From the NCBI RefSeq assembly GCF_009914755.1, contig NC_060936.1: 64,000 bases of DNA. One strand, written 5' to 3'. How positions within the stretch are numbered: the first letter of the stretch is position 1; each line of letters begins with the position of its first letter. This DNA is from the human T2T-CHM13v2.0 reference genome, Homo sapiens. A program made the translations under genes and the position numbers. Below, one piece after another: positions 52,014-64,000 of this stretch. The notes beneath the pieces are model-generated. The model saw nothing but the letters and a program-made list of their open reading frames with translations, searched no databases and was not told the DNA's origin.

Positions 52014-53446
52014 ATCCTTTATCATCTCCGGAGAATGGTTTCATATCAATGTGGTTTGACCACCCTGATATACAGATATCAAGCTGCTGATACTGGACAC
52101 ACGCCATGATGTCTTACCGCAACCTTCTTAATGACTTTCTCAGGCTAACATTACAGGAGTTAACAACTTACGAACATAACCTTTGAAATTTCTCCCAATA
52201 TAATGAAGGTTTGACTTGAGCTGTGCCTAAGCTTTCATTTTCTTATTAGCTCATCACTTTTTATTGGGAAACTGCTAATTATATTTTTTAAATAATTGTG
52301 TATTTCTTTTAGTGTTTATATTCTTAAATATGTATAGACCATTATATCATTAAAAAACACAATACATATTTCGTTCATTTAATTTAAACTCGTAAGTTCT
52401 AAGGCCTTAATGAGTTCTGTTTTTTCCCTCCTCAATTTTGTATTTATCTTTATTTAAAAAAAAATCAATTTGGGGCCGGGCCCTTCTGCCATTACAGTGT
52501 TTTCACCACAAATTTACCTAGAAATTTTGCTGAAGTAGTTGCCTAAGTGTGGACTATCATCTTACTACCTTTTTACCTCATAAAAATAATGAGAAAAAAG
52601 AGAAGCAAGTAAGAGGAAAATAGGGCAGTTTTCTAGCAGATCGCATCTTGGGAGGCATCTATGCTCGCAAATGGTTTAACTAGTTTGACTTGATTAGTCA
52701 AATTCATTGGTCAAAGGAGGAAGAAAATTGCATATAGGGCTGGTTTGAGCAGTGTTTTTGTTTTGCTTTTAATTTTTATTTTTTTTTGTACCAAATCTAA
52801 CAGCAAAGCTATAAAGTACAAAGCTCAATCACTGTGAATGTGGCAAAGCCCCAATGTGTGAATGCTATGGTAGCATGACTATATTTAGGGATGTCATTTT
52901 GTGTGTCAAAAAAAAAAAAGAAAATCTTCTTTTAAAAACATTCAACATTGTGTGTGTAAAGGCTGCACTTTTGTCACAAATGTCATGATCAGTCTGAATT
53001 ACTGGCCTGATTCTTATTCTTTCTGCATGTTGAGAAATAGAATAGTTGAGAATCCTGTGGGACTATAAGCCCCATAAAGGAACTAAGAAAAGTGGCAAAA
53101 TTGCACTGCCCAATTTACCTCATAACCCAGCATTTTAGAGCCACCTCTTCTAAAGTCAGCCATAAGCAAAAAATCTCTAGCCGGTAAGATCCTTCACAAT
53201 ATTGCATTTTCTAAGATATAAACAGAAATACTTAAAGGTTTTATGATCATTTCATTGTTTGAGATGTGCTTGAATATCTGCATAGAAAATGACCTGGCAA
53301 CGTTACTTCTTTGACCAACTGTGTCCTTGGGCACTGCCTGTCTGGTTCACTACTCCTGTAACTGCTTGGCAAGACTTGCAAAGCACTATATTAAATGGAT
53401 GTACAACACATGACCAATGTTCATGGACTTCAACTTTAAAAAAAAA

Positions 53447-55340
<1,894 letters not shown>

Positions 55341-55629
55341 TTTTTTTTTTTTCTTTTTGAGATGGAGTCTCGCTCTGTCGCCCAGGCTGGAGTTCAGTGG
55401 TGTGATGTTGGCTCACTACAACCTCCACCTCCAGGGTTCAAGCTATTCTCCTCCCTCAGTGCTGGGATTACAGGCATGTGCCACCATGCCTGGCTAAGTT
55501 TTGTATTTTAGTAGAGACTGAGTTTCACCATGTTGGCCAGGCTGGTCTCATACTCCCGACCTCAGGTGATACACCCACCTCGGCCTCCCAAAGTGCTGGG
55601 ATTACAGGTGTGACCCACCATACCCGGCC
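55341..55629 (-). mobile_element. AluSx-like
   Basis: T-tail plus antisense dimer with gacctcaggtgat, ending cccggcc. Confidence 0.92.
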
Positions 55630-56568
55630 AGACTTTGCTTTTATGTGGTATCTTTTATGTGAGTCTGACAGGCTCAAACTCAGCTTACTAGTTTCATGGA
55701 CAACTTCAAGATAGCATTGGTTAAAGTTCAAACGAGATTCCAGTTAGCCCATTTCCAGTAAACCCTACCTAGGTAATTCCCTACTCCCTTCCAAGCTGTT
55801 CCAGTGTTGTTTCTATGGCTACCATACTTCTAGGGTGAGACAGAAATATAGGGAAGAGTAAAATCAGAACAATTAGGGTTATTGGGTTAAAGACTCTTTT
55901 TATCCTTTTTATGAACCCTATTTCTTCAGTAATAAATAAAAACATTTGGAAAATACAGTATTTTGAGTCTCCTGGTTCCGCAGTTCTGATTTGATGACAT
56001 ATTCTGAGAGATGTTCTGAATATTAAATACTTGGTTTTGAAAACAAGTTTATTCATACCAAGAAAGTGATTCACTCATGAATACAGTGAGTGAACTGTGA
56101 AGACATGAAATTTATTTTTTAGAGAAACTTCAATTCTTAGTTCGAAAATTCAAATAAGTTTGATCACATTGAAGAAATGCATTCTAATTAAGGTACCTGT
56201 AAAGTGAACACTTAGAAATATATTGACTAATATGGTTGATTCATATATACATATTATGTATTAGGAACCTGTAAGAATGATTACAAATATTTACAAAATA
56301 CTTGTTAATTTTTCCAAGTCAATTTTATTACAAAAGAGAAAAAGTATTCATCTATTAATACAGAGACTGTTTCCATAGTGATATCTCTAAAAGTGTATAT
56401 ACAAAAGAATAAATTGACTCATTGACCTGGTATTAGATTTGGCTGAGTAGCATGATCATAGGAATGCAGTGGCCAACGGAACTTTCAGATCTCTAAAGAA
56501 CCCATGCGAATCTAATGCCTTGCTTTGGCTCTTAGTTCTTTTCCTCTTACCTTTGTCCCTTCTGCTTC

Positions 56569-56980
56569 TATATTAGTCCGTCCTGGCTGCTATAACAAAA
56601 TGCCACAAATGGGCTAGCTTAAAAAACAAAATTTATTTTCTCATAGTTCTAGAGGCTAGAAAGTCAAGATCAGGGTTCTAGAAGATTGAGTTTCTGATTT
56701 GGGCTCTCTTCCTGGCTTGTAGATGGGCACCTTCTTACTATGTCCACATGTGGCCCTTCCTCAGTGCATGCATGGCTTTGTACAAAGAGCGTGCACATGT
56801 GCACGTGCACATTCACCATGGGAGTTCTGTGGTGTGTTGTCTTATAAAGACACTAATCCTATCAGATCAGGACCCTACCCTTATAACCTCATTTAACCTC
56901 AATTCCTTAGAGGCCCTGTCTTCAAATATAGGAGGTGAGGGCTTCCACATATGGATCTTTAAGGGGACACAAATATAACA
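56569..56980 (-). mobile_element. MLT1A-like solo LTR
   Basis: ggctgctataacaaaatgccaca...tttctcatagttctagaggctag...gacactaatcctatcagatcagg...ggggacacaa. Confidence 0.82.
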
Positions 56981-57244
56981 CTCTTTTATCTCCTATTTCT
57001 CTGATAATAGCTTTTTCTCTCCTGCTCTGTGACCACCCACATTTCCTTGCAGCTATATGTGATGTGTTTTTCTTTCTTCTGGTTTTTTCACTGTTGAATT
57101 TCACCAGGCTGCAACTAACATTTCATTGTATAGGTGCTGCTTTAGATGCTGCCTTCAATAGCCTTAACATTCCCAGGAGTCTTGTCTCACTTGTCTTTTC
57201 CTGAGTCACCATTTTCTTATGGTTAAAGAGAGCTTCTCTGTGGG

Positions 57245-57466
57245 TATAGCAGGTGGAATATTGGGCACCCCTTACCCCACAAATATCTAGGTGCTAAATA
57301 AGTTGATTATCTTTTAAAGCCTCCAGAAGGAACACAACCTTCTCAACACCTTGTGAGACCCATTTCAGACTTCTGCCATCTAGAACTGTAACATAGTAAA
57401 TTGTGTTGTATTTTAAGCCACTAAATTTGAGGTAATTTTTTATAGCAGCAACAGGAAAGTTAAACA
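57245..57466 (+). mobile_element. Internally deleted MLT1D-like LTR
   Basis: agcctccagaaggaacaca...ttttaagccactaaatttg...agcagcaacaggaaa; perfect TSD gtggg (57240-57244 / 57467-57471). Confidence 0.8.
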
Positions 57467-57779
57467 GTGGGAGACCCAGTAGGCAAGTAGAAATGGTTGC
57501 CAAATGACCAGAACCCTGAACTGACCAGATGAGAACTCCCTGGATGGGAGCACCTTCTTTGCCTCTAACTGCTAAACACAGAATTTCCCTGAAAAGTCTT
57601 TATCAAGAAACATCGCATCCTAGAAGGTAACCAGACTTCTTTTCAAGTCTCAGACCTAATTGTTGACTATACTTGGTGGTCAGTAGAACCCACTCTCTGC
57701 TTCCTGGAGTCTCCTTGCTGTTTGGCGTAACACGTGACATACATATAATTATTGCTTTAGTTGAGAATTGCTCATTTAT

Positions 57780-57927
57780 GTTTCTGGACTATCCTCATGA
57801 GAATAACCTAGGGTGCCCCACCCACAACTTACTGAGTCATTATCTTTGGGGATGGACTATGGTATCACTCATTTTTAATGAGCATTTTAAGGGCTTTTAA
57901 TATATGCTAAAATTTGAAATCAATTGC
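57780..57927. mobile_element. MER5-type fossil
   Basis: agaataacctaggg...tactgagtcattatct...catttttaatgagc...aaatttgaaatcaattg. Confidence 0.55.
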
Positions 57928-58343
57928 TCTAACATATAGATTGTATATGAGAACAGTTTTCTTAGATTTCATAGAAGTTAAAATATGTTTAAGAATAAAA
58001 TAATCATATGGGGATACATACCTAGAAACAAATATTAATGATTTCTAACTTCCACATGGTTATAAACTAGTGGCCACATGTTTCTCAGAAACCATTTCCA
58101 TCAAGTTTCTATCTTTATACAATATCCCACAAGTTACCTGCCTAATAGCAGTTTCCTTTTTTTGATGTCTTCATAAAGCTAAGAATTTTCACATTTGCCT
58201 TAAGGATTCACTTGTATTTTCATTTTCCTCTTATATCATGTTGTACCTATATGTCTTTGTTTGGATTCTTAGGCTTGACATATTATGCATCTCAATAGTT
58301 CTTTCTAATATTCTTTATGGTCATGAATTTCTAGTCCTTAGTC

Positions 58344-58502
58344 CAGGAGTCACCCACTGTCTGTTTTTGTAAATAACATAATATGGAACACAGCCATATT
58401 AATTCATTTATGTCTTGCATTTGGCTGCTTTATTGCAGTAACAGCAGAATCGGGTAGTTGTGAGAGAAACTTTATGACCTACAAAGTTCAAAATATTTAC
58501 TA
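58344..58502 (+). mobile_element. MER58A fragment
   Basis: ctgtttttgtaaataa...ggaacacagcca...gtagttgtgagagaaac...aaaatatttacta. Confidence 0.75.
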
Positions 58503-59910
58503 AAGAAGTGACTGATTTCAGTATGAAGGCAAGGGGAATCCAAGACACGCCTTTAACATCTTGTGCTAAAAACGTAAGGAAATACTCAGAAATAATAAAT
58601 GGCACAGAAGGGGAAAGCTCTTCCTCACAGAACAGTTTTAAATAATGCTAGATATAGAGAATCACCACTGACTGTCATCAGAGGAGTTTGATTCAGTTGG
58701 GGGTTGTCCACGGGTGCTAAGGCTGGTGGGCATAATTTGAGGAACAGGATATTACTGTACTCTTGGGGTAGCTTCCCACTAAAGAACTAAGTCTGATCAT
58801 GAGAACTCTTGAGATGGACCCTAGGATAAAGGCCATCCTACAAACTCTAAGGCCTGTTGTCTTTGTAACTATCAAGAACATGAAAGACAGAAAAAGACTG
58901 AAGAATTGTTCCAGATTGAAGGAGTCTGTAATATATGATAACTGAATATAATATCTATTTCTAGGAAATTTGGAAATAAAAAATGAGACATTGTGAGGTG
59001 TTTTATCTATTCTTGGGTAAAAGAGTATTCCATAGTGATGCAAATTAATAGCTATTGAATTACGTTTCATAATATTTTAGGTTAAGAATTTGAGCAAGCA
59101 TTAATTGAACAATTCTATTCAACTTGGTGTTTACCATTGGCAGGCAGGAGGATCTGGAGGCCCCAATATGGTTTCAATCACATTGCTAAAGAGTTGGCAA
59201 AGATGGTTGGAAGGCTGGGCTCAGTAGGGTGTATCAAAAAGAGTGCTTACATGTGAGTTCTTCAGCATGGTGTTCTTTTTTTTTAATTTTATTATTATTA
59301 TACTTTAAGTTTTAGGGTACATGTGCACAATGTGCAGGTTAGTTGCATATGTATACATGTGCCATGCTGGTGTGCTGCACCCATTAGCATGGTGTTCTTA
59401 AGGAATCAGCCTTCTTAAGTGAAATCTCAGGGCTCCATGCCTTGTATAGATAAGCAATCATATTGGCCCAAATTTAAGGGGAGAGTAGCAAAGTTATTAC
59501 ACACATTTTTCCTGTATCACCGTGGGACAGTAGGCAAATTTGGAATTGGGTCTGAGAAGCTGATAGCAGTGCTATACCAATGTTCAATACCTGGTTTAGA
59601 GGCTTATAAGGTAGTTATGGAGTAGTATGTTCTAGTTTGGGGGAAATATACATTAGAATGCTTGGAATATACAGGCATAATGAGACATCACATTTGCAGA
59701 TTCCTCTCAAAAGGTTCTGTAAAGGAATAATGTGTATGTGTATTCTGCCTGTGTATATATATCAGGGGAGAGAGGGTTGGAGGGGGAATGGTGATGTGAC
59801 AAATGTAAAATGTTAACCATTGGGTATTCTGGTTGAATGGGACATGAGAGTTTTGGCTACTTTATTACAGATCTGAAAGTATTTCAAAATTTTGAAACAT
59901 ATTTAAATAT
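58503..59910 (+). mobile_element. L1MC-type 3' UTR (interrupted by an MLT1J-like LTR at ~58991-59522)
   Basis: aaagactgaagaattgttccagattgaagg...aaaatgttaaccattgggtattctgg; nested MLT1 motif gatggttggaaggctgggctcag. Confidence 0.65.
59278..59385 (-). mobile_element. ~108-bp young L1PA (PA2/3-like) 3' end
   Basis: polyT plus tactttaagttttagggtacatgtgcacaatgtgcaggttag...ccatgctgg; perfect 14-bp TSD agcatggtgttctt (59264-59277 / 59386-59399). Confidence 0.92.
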
Positions 59911-61311
59911 AAAGGAAATAAGACAAATGATGGGAGTCTGAAGTAAAGAAGCTGCAGTGGACGTGAAAGATGAAGATGGATTTATGATGAACAGGATTGA
60001 GTGGCCAAATAGACATGGCATTGAGAGGTGGGCTGCTTGGAACACTGTCATCAGCACAGAAGTTCCATTGGCTGCTCACTTACAGAGAGAAGCAAACAGG
60101 CAAAGCTTGCCAATAATGCTGCAGCTCTAACGTTCTGCTTTGTCCTTTAATGATCACCCTGGAAAACTAACCATCAGCCAAGTTTCATTTTACAAAGCAT
60201 CAAGACTATTTAAATAGAGTCAAATTTACTCCAATGTATAATAGATTTCTTAGTTCAGAGCAAAATCTGTGGCTCTTCTCTATTTGTTGGAAAAATTCTT
60301 CTATATAAGCTTATTCTAAATGGATAAATAGACTAAGAGTGAGTAATGTGGTTTATTTTGTGCATAGTGTACACTTTCACAAGAGAAGAAATTCTTCCAG
60401 GATAAAAGCAGCATATTAAAATGGAAATAAAGTATATCTTAGGATTTAAAACAATTTTATTGTATCAAATACAGTATAGAATCCGTGGTGGACTCCATAC
60501 AAGACACTCAAATGTGAGATATTTAAACGTAAAAGGAGCAAGGTACAAAGCAAAATTTTAGACCAAGCAACTCAAGGACAGTATTATAAAAGGGTTTAAA
60601 TATATGAATAAATAAAACTATTCTTTAAGTGAATGATATATGTGGTAGGAAAGTAACCTTACGATATTTTGAAACCTTAAAGTAAATAATTCAATAATTT
60701 TCAGTATCTATGCTCAGGATATAATGCTGACATCTATCTCCATGGGAGGTGCTGACATTTTGCTGAAACCTTACAAAAAGAGAACTCCTGCTGTGGATAG
60801 GAAATGCTATTCCATTGAGAAGGAGAAATCACAAGTTAAATATGCCGTAAGGAAGTTCTTATCAGCTTCACTATTACTCTGTGGTTATTGAGCTCTGGAT
60901 AAATTCTTAAGACTACAAATGTGTAATTTTACTTCACAGATACAAAAACTTGTGGAATTGTGACAGGAACTAATTTTTATATTAGCTTCCATGAGTCAAG
61001 GTAGTTACAAAAAATAAAATAGTCATTCTTTTTTGCTAAGTTTGAATTATAGTGTGAATCATCTCAAGTGTTTTAACCTCTATTCCCCAACAATAGTGAA
61101 TCTGGTTAGTGATACAAGAAGTTTCTCCTGTGTGTGCAAATGTGTGTGTACACATCTATCAGTATGTGTCCATGCAGGTACTTGTGTCTGCGGTGTGGAG
61201 AATGAAAGTGGAGATGTAGCTAAAATAGGAATGAAACGAAGATGAGTAAACATGATGTACTGAAAACTGGAAAGTCTGATCAGAGAGTACGGCTCTGAGT
61301 TCATTTTATTT

Positions 61312-61335
61312 TGTGTGTATACATATATATATGTA

Positions 61336-61377
<42 letters not shown>

Positions 61378-61378
61378 C
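61312..61378. repeat. Compound (TG)n(TA)n microsatellite
   Basis: direct inspection. Confidence 0.9.
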
Positions 61379-61487
61379 TGTAATCTTGAGATTTCCCATT
61401 CTGATTCTTAAGGAGCTCTGAACCTGTATTTTAATGAGTAATAGGCACATAGTGAGCACCTAAACAATTTACAACATTAGATAATCA

Positions 61488-61979
61488 TGTCTGTATGATC
61501 CATTGCTGCATAATAAACAATCTCTAAACCTAGCATCTTAAAATAATGAACATTTATTACTTCACAGTTTTTGGGGTCATAAATCCAGGCACACAATTTA
61601 GCTGTGTGCTTCTGACAGCCTCGTACAAGGCTGCAATCAAGGTAAGGGATGAGGCTTCAGTCATGTCAGTAAGCGGGGCTCTAAGCCCACTCACATGGCT
61701 GTTGGCAGGTCTCAGGTTCTTGCTGGTTTTTGGTGAAAGACCTGACTTCTCTGCCTTGAGGGCCTCTCCATGGGGCTACTCACAACATGCCAGCTTTTTT
61801 CACCCAGAGTGAGGTGACAGAGAGAACAGTCTTTTTGTAATCTAATTTAGGAAGTGACATCTACTCACCTCTACAGTATTATTTGTTAGAAGCAAGTCAC
61901 AGCCCAGATAACATTACACACAGTGGCAGGGATACCAGGAGGCAGGGATCTTTGGGAGCCCTCTCTGAGGCCTATCCCA
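61488..61979 (-). mobile_element. MLT1F/G-like LTR
   Basis: cattgctgcataataaac...aggctgcaatcaagg...cactcacatggctgttggcagg...ataccaggaggcagggatc. Confidence 0.75.
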
Positions 61980-62401
61980 ATGACTTCAACAGTTCTTTGG
62001 TCATGATTTTATCATAAATTTCTCCCTGTCCAGCTTTCTATTAGACTCTGGCTTAATGCCAAGTTAAACCAATTGCTGTTTCTGTTTCTCTTCTCTCCCA
62101 TCTTTTCTTTTTTCCCATTCCCCAAATTCATGGTTTAACTCAGTGGTCAATAAATTGAGAATTTCCAGTGATACACAGGCCAATTTCTAGATGTTCAACT
62201 TTGTTTTCTTTCCTAAAGTTACTTTGCCTGAGATATTCCTGAACTCAATCTAGCCTCTTACTTTACTAAACCAAGACATATGCTTTTGTTGATCTCCGAT
62301 CTAGCTATGGCACATTTCTCCTGTGTGTAAAAACCTTTGGACACAAAGAGAAAGGGTCGTGTAATTAAACAAGGAATCATAGAGATTGAGTGCTTCCCCA
62401 C

Positions 62402-62755
62402 TGTATTAGTCTGTTTTCATGCTGCTGATAAAGACATACCCGAGACTGGGTAATTTATACAGGAAGAAGGGTTTAATGGACTTACAGTTCGATGTGGCTG
62501 GGAAAGTCTCACAATCATGGTGGAAGGCAAGGAGGAGCAAGTCATGTCTTACATGGATGGCAGCAGGCAAAAAAGAGTTTGTGAAGGGAAACTCACTCTG
62601 ATAAGACCATCAGAGCTCATAAGACTTATTCACTATCACAAGAACAGCAGGAGAAAGACCTGCCCCCATGATTCAGTTACCTCCCACCAGGTCCCTCCCA
62701 CAACACATGGGAATTCAAGATGAGATTTGGGTGGGAAGACAGCCAAACTATATCA
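62402..62755 (-). mobile_element. THE1B solo LTR
   Basis: tgtattagtctgttttcatgctgctgataaagacatacc...tatca; perfect TSD cccac (62397-62401 / 62756-62760). Confidence 0.94.
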
Positions 62756-64000
62756 CCCACTTTCCCTTCCTTGTGCATACTACCTTTTAAAAGTGAAGCA
62801 TAATTTTATAATTTGGATATTTTGATCTTTTGAGATATTTGGAATTCAGATATATGGCAGTGTAGGGCCTTGGATGTCATGACAATTATTTTTTCAATAA
62901 TTTTGCCTCCTCATACATTCATATCCACCCCCACCATTAGAAAACATTTCTTTTTCCTGGAAGGAAGAATTCCCTAAGACCCAAAATTACAGACTGTTAA
63001 AAGCAGCATTTTCAAGTAGGTAAATGTAAGCAATTATTCTCAGCTATTGTAATCCCTCACCTCTGGGATGTGTGATTGCCTGGAAATAAAAGCAGCTACA
63101 AAATGCCAAAGTGGAATAGATTATTGATGCTTATTCTTTTTAACTAAAATGTTTTCTGGGGCTATAAAACATTGTCAAGCTACAGGACCTTGGACAAATC
63201 ACAAAGATAAAACTTGTATGCTATGTCTTCCAGATTTAATATGGATTATTTTGAGAAATACAAACTGATTTTTATTAAATTGTATCATAGAATCTTTGTT
63301 CCAATAACAAAGTTTATTTTATTGTCTTCTATAAAATGTTTAATGCTTTATGCTTTCTTTAACAAAAATATTATAGCTGTACTAAATTTTCTAGCAAGTT
63401 ATACTCTGAATAAATATAGGAAAGTACATAATAATGTATGATTGATTATTTGTATTGATAGTTTTTGTTAACCTTTGTGTTTCTTATTTTATCATTTCCA
63501 AAAGCTGAACTTCAGGGTTTTGGGGACTATATGAATTTGCAAACAAATATACATGTAGTCCAAAGAAATTCCTTACCTCATAAATAACTTTTAATATTAG
63601 TATTATATTGAGATATTATAAAATAATAAACAGCATATTTATAACTTATTTTTAATTATAAAAATGAATAAATGAATTAGACTGTAACATTTTGCTTTTC
63701 ATGAAATGACTTTTAGTAATCTTATCTAGCTAAATGCTGGTTATCTCAGCATTTTAAAAAAAATTTAAGTTAGAATTGAAAAATGAAGTTAGACTTTTTT
63801 AAACATAAATTAAGATTTTACTGATTTATTTGACAACATGGACTGGTTTTGCCAACTAGCTTATATAGTAAATATTAAACATGAGCTAAATCTGTAGGGG
63901 AAAGTCTTTAATTAAAATGTATTTATCATATTACAAATATCATTTTATAAATACTTGCAAGTTTGTAATTAATAATGTTTTGATTTTTTCAACTGTTTCA

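Noticed and set aside
59031-59045. Canonical SOX-OCT motif catagtgatgcaaat
   Set aside because: The SOX half (CATAGT) has a core mismatch and the site lies in an old LTR

Overview
AT-rich, gene-poor primate (very likely human) genomic DNA, intergenic or deep-intronic. I find no credible protein-coding gene, RNA gene or CpG island. Every ORF with recognisable homology is a transposon remnant (LINE-1 ORF1/ORF2, ERV-L gag/pro/pol, Alu) or comes from a tandem repeat. Roughly half or more of the window is interspersed repeat. Main elements: a decayed ERV-L provirus (~1.66-6.1 kb, minus; gag, protease, RT, integrase, dUTPase) carrying two nested LTRs; two THE1 solo LTRs with perfect TSDs; a 3'-truncated old L1P (25.6-30.8 kb) hosting an LTR7/HERV-H solo LTR; an LTR1 solo LTR; three separate L1 insertions with 5' inversions; several Alus; MLT1 LTRs; MER5, MER58 and MER63 DNA transposons; and L2, MIR and CR1 fossils. 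Best leads: a homogeneous, internally palindromic 29/27-bp AT-rich VNTR (45.4-46.2 kb); a templated inverted duplication that replaces the L1 RT FADD codons; a mini-L1 inserted into an LTR1 TATA box; a candidate 24-nt in-frame microexon (50811-50834); and enhancer-like motif clusters (PBX-HOX/MEIS at 13.35 kb, compressed SOX-OCT at 52.0 kb). I see no evidence for a new multi-gene system. Repeat subfamily names come from recalled consensus sequences and need Dfam/RepeatMasker confirmation.
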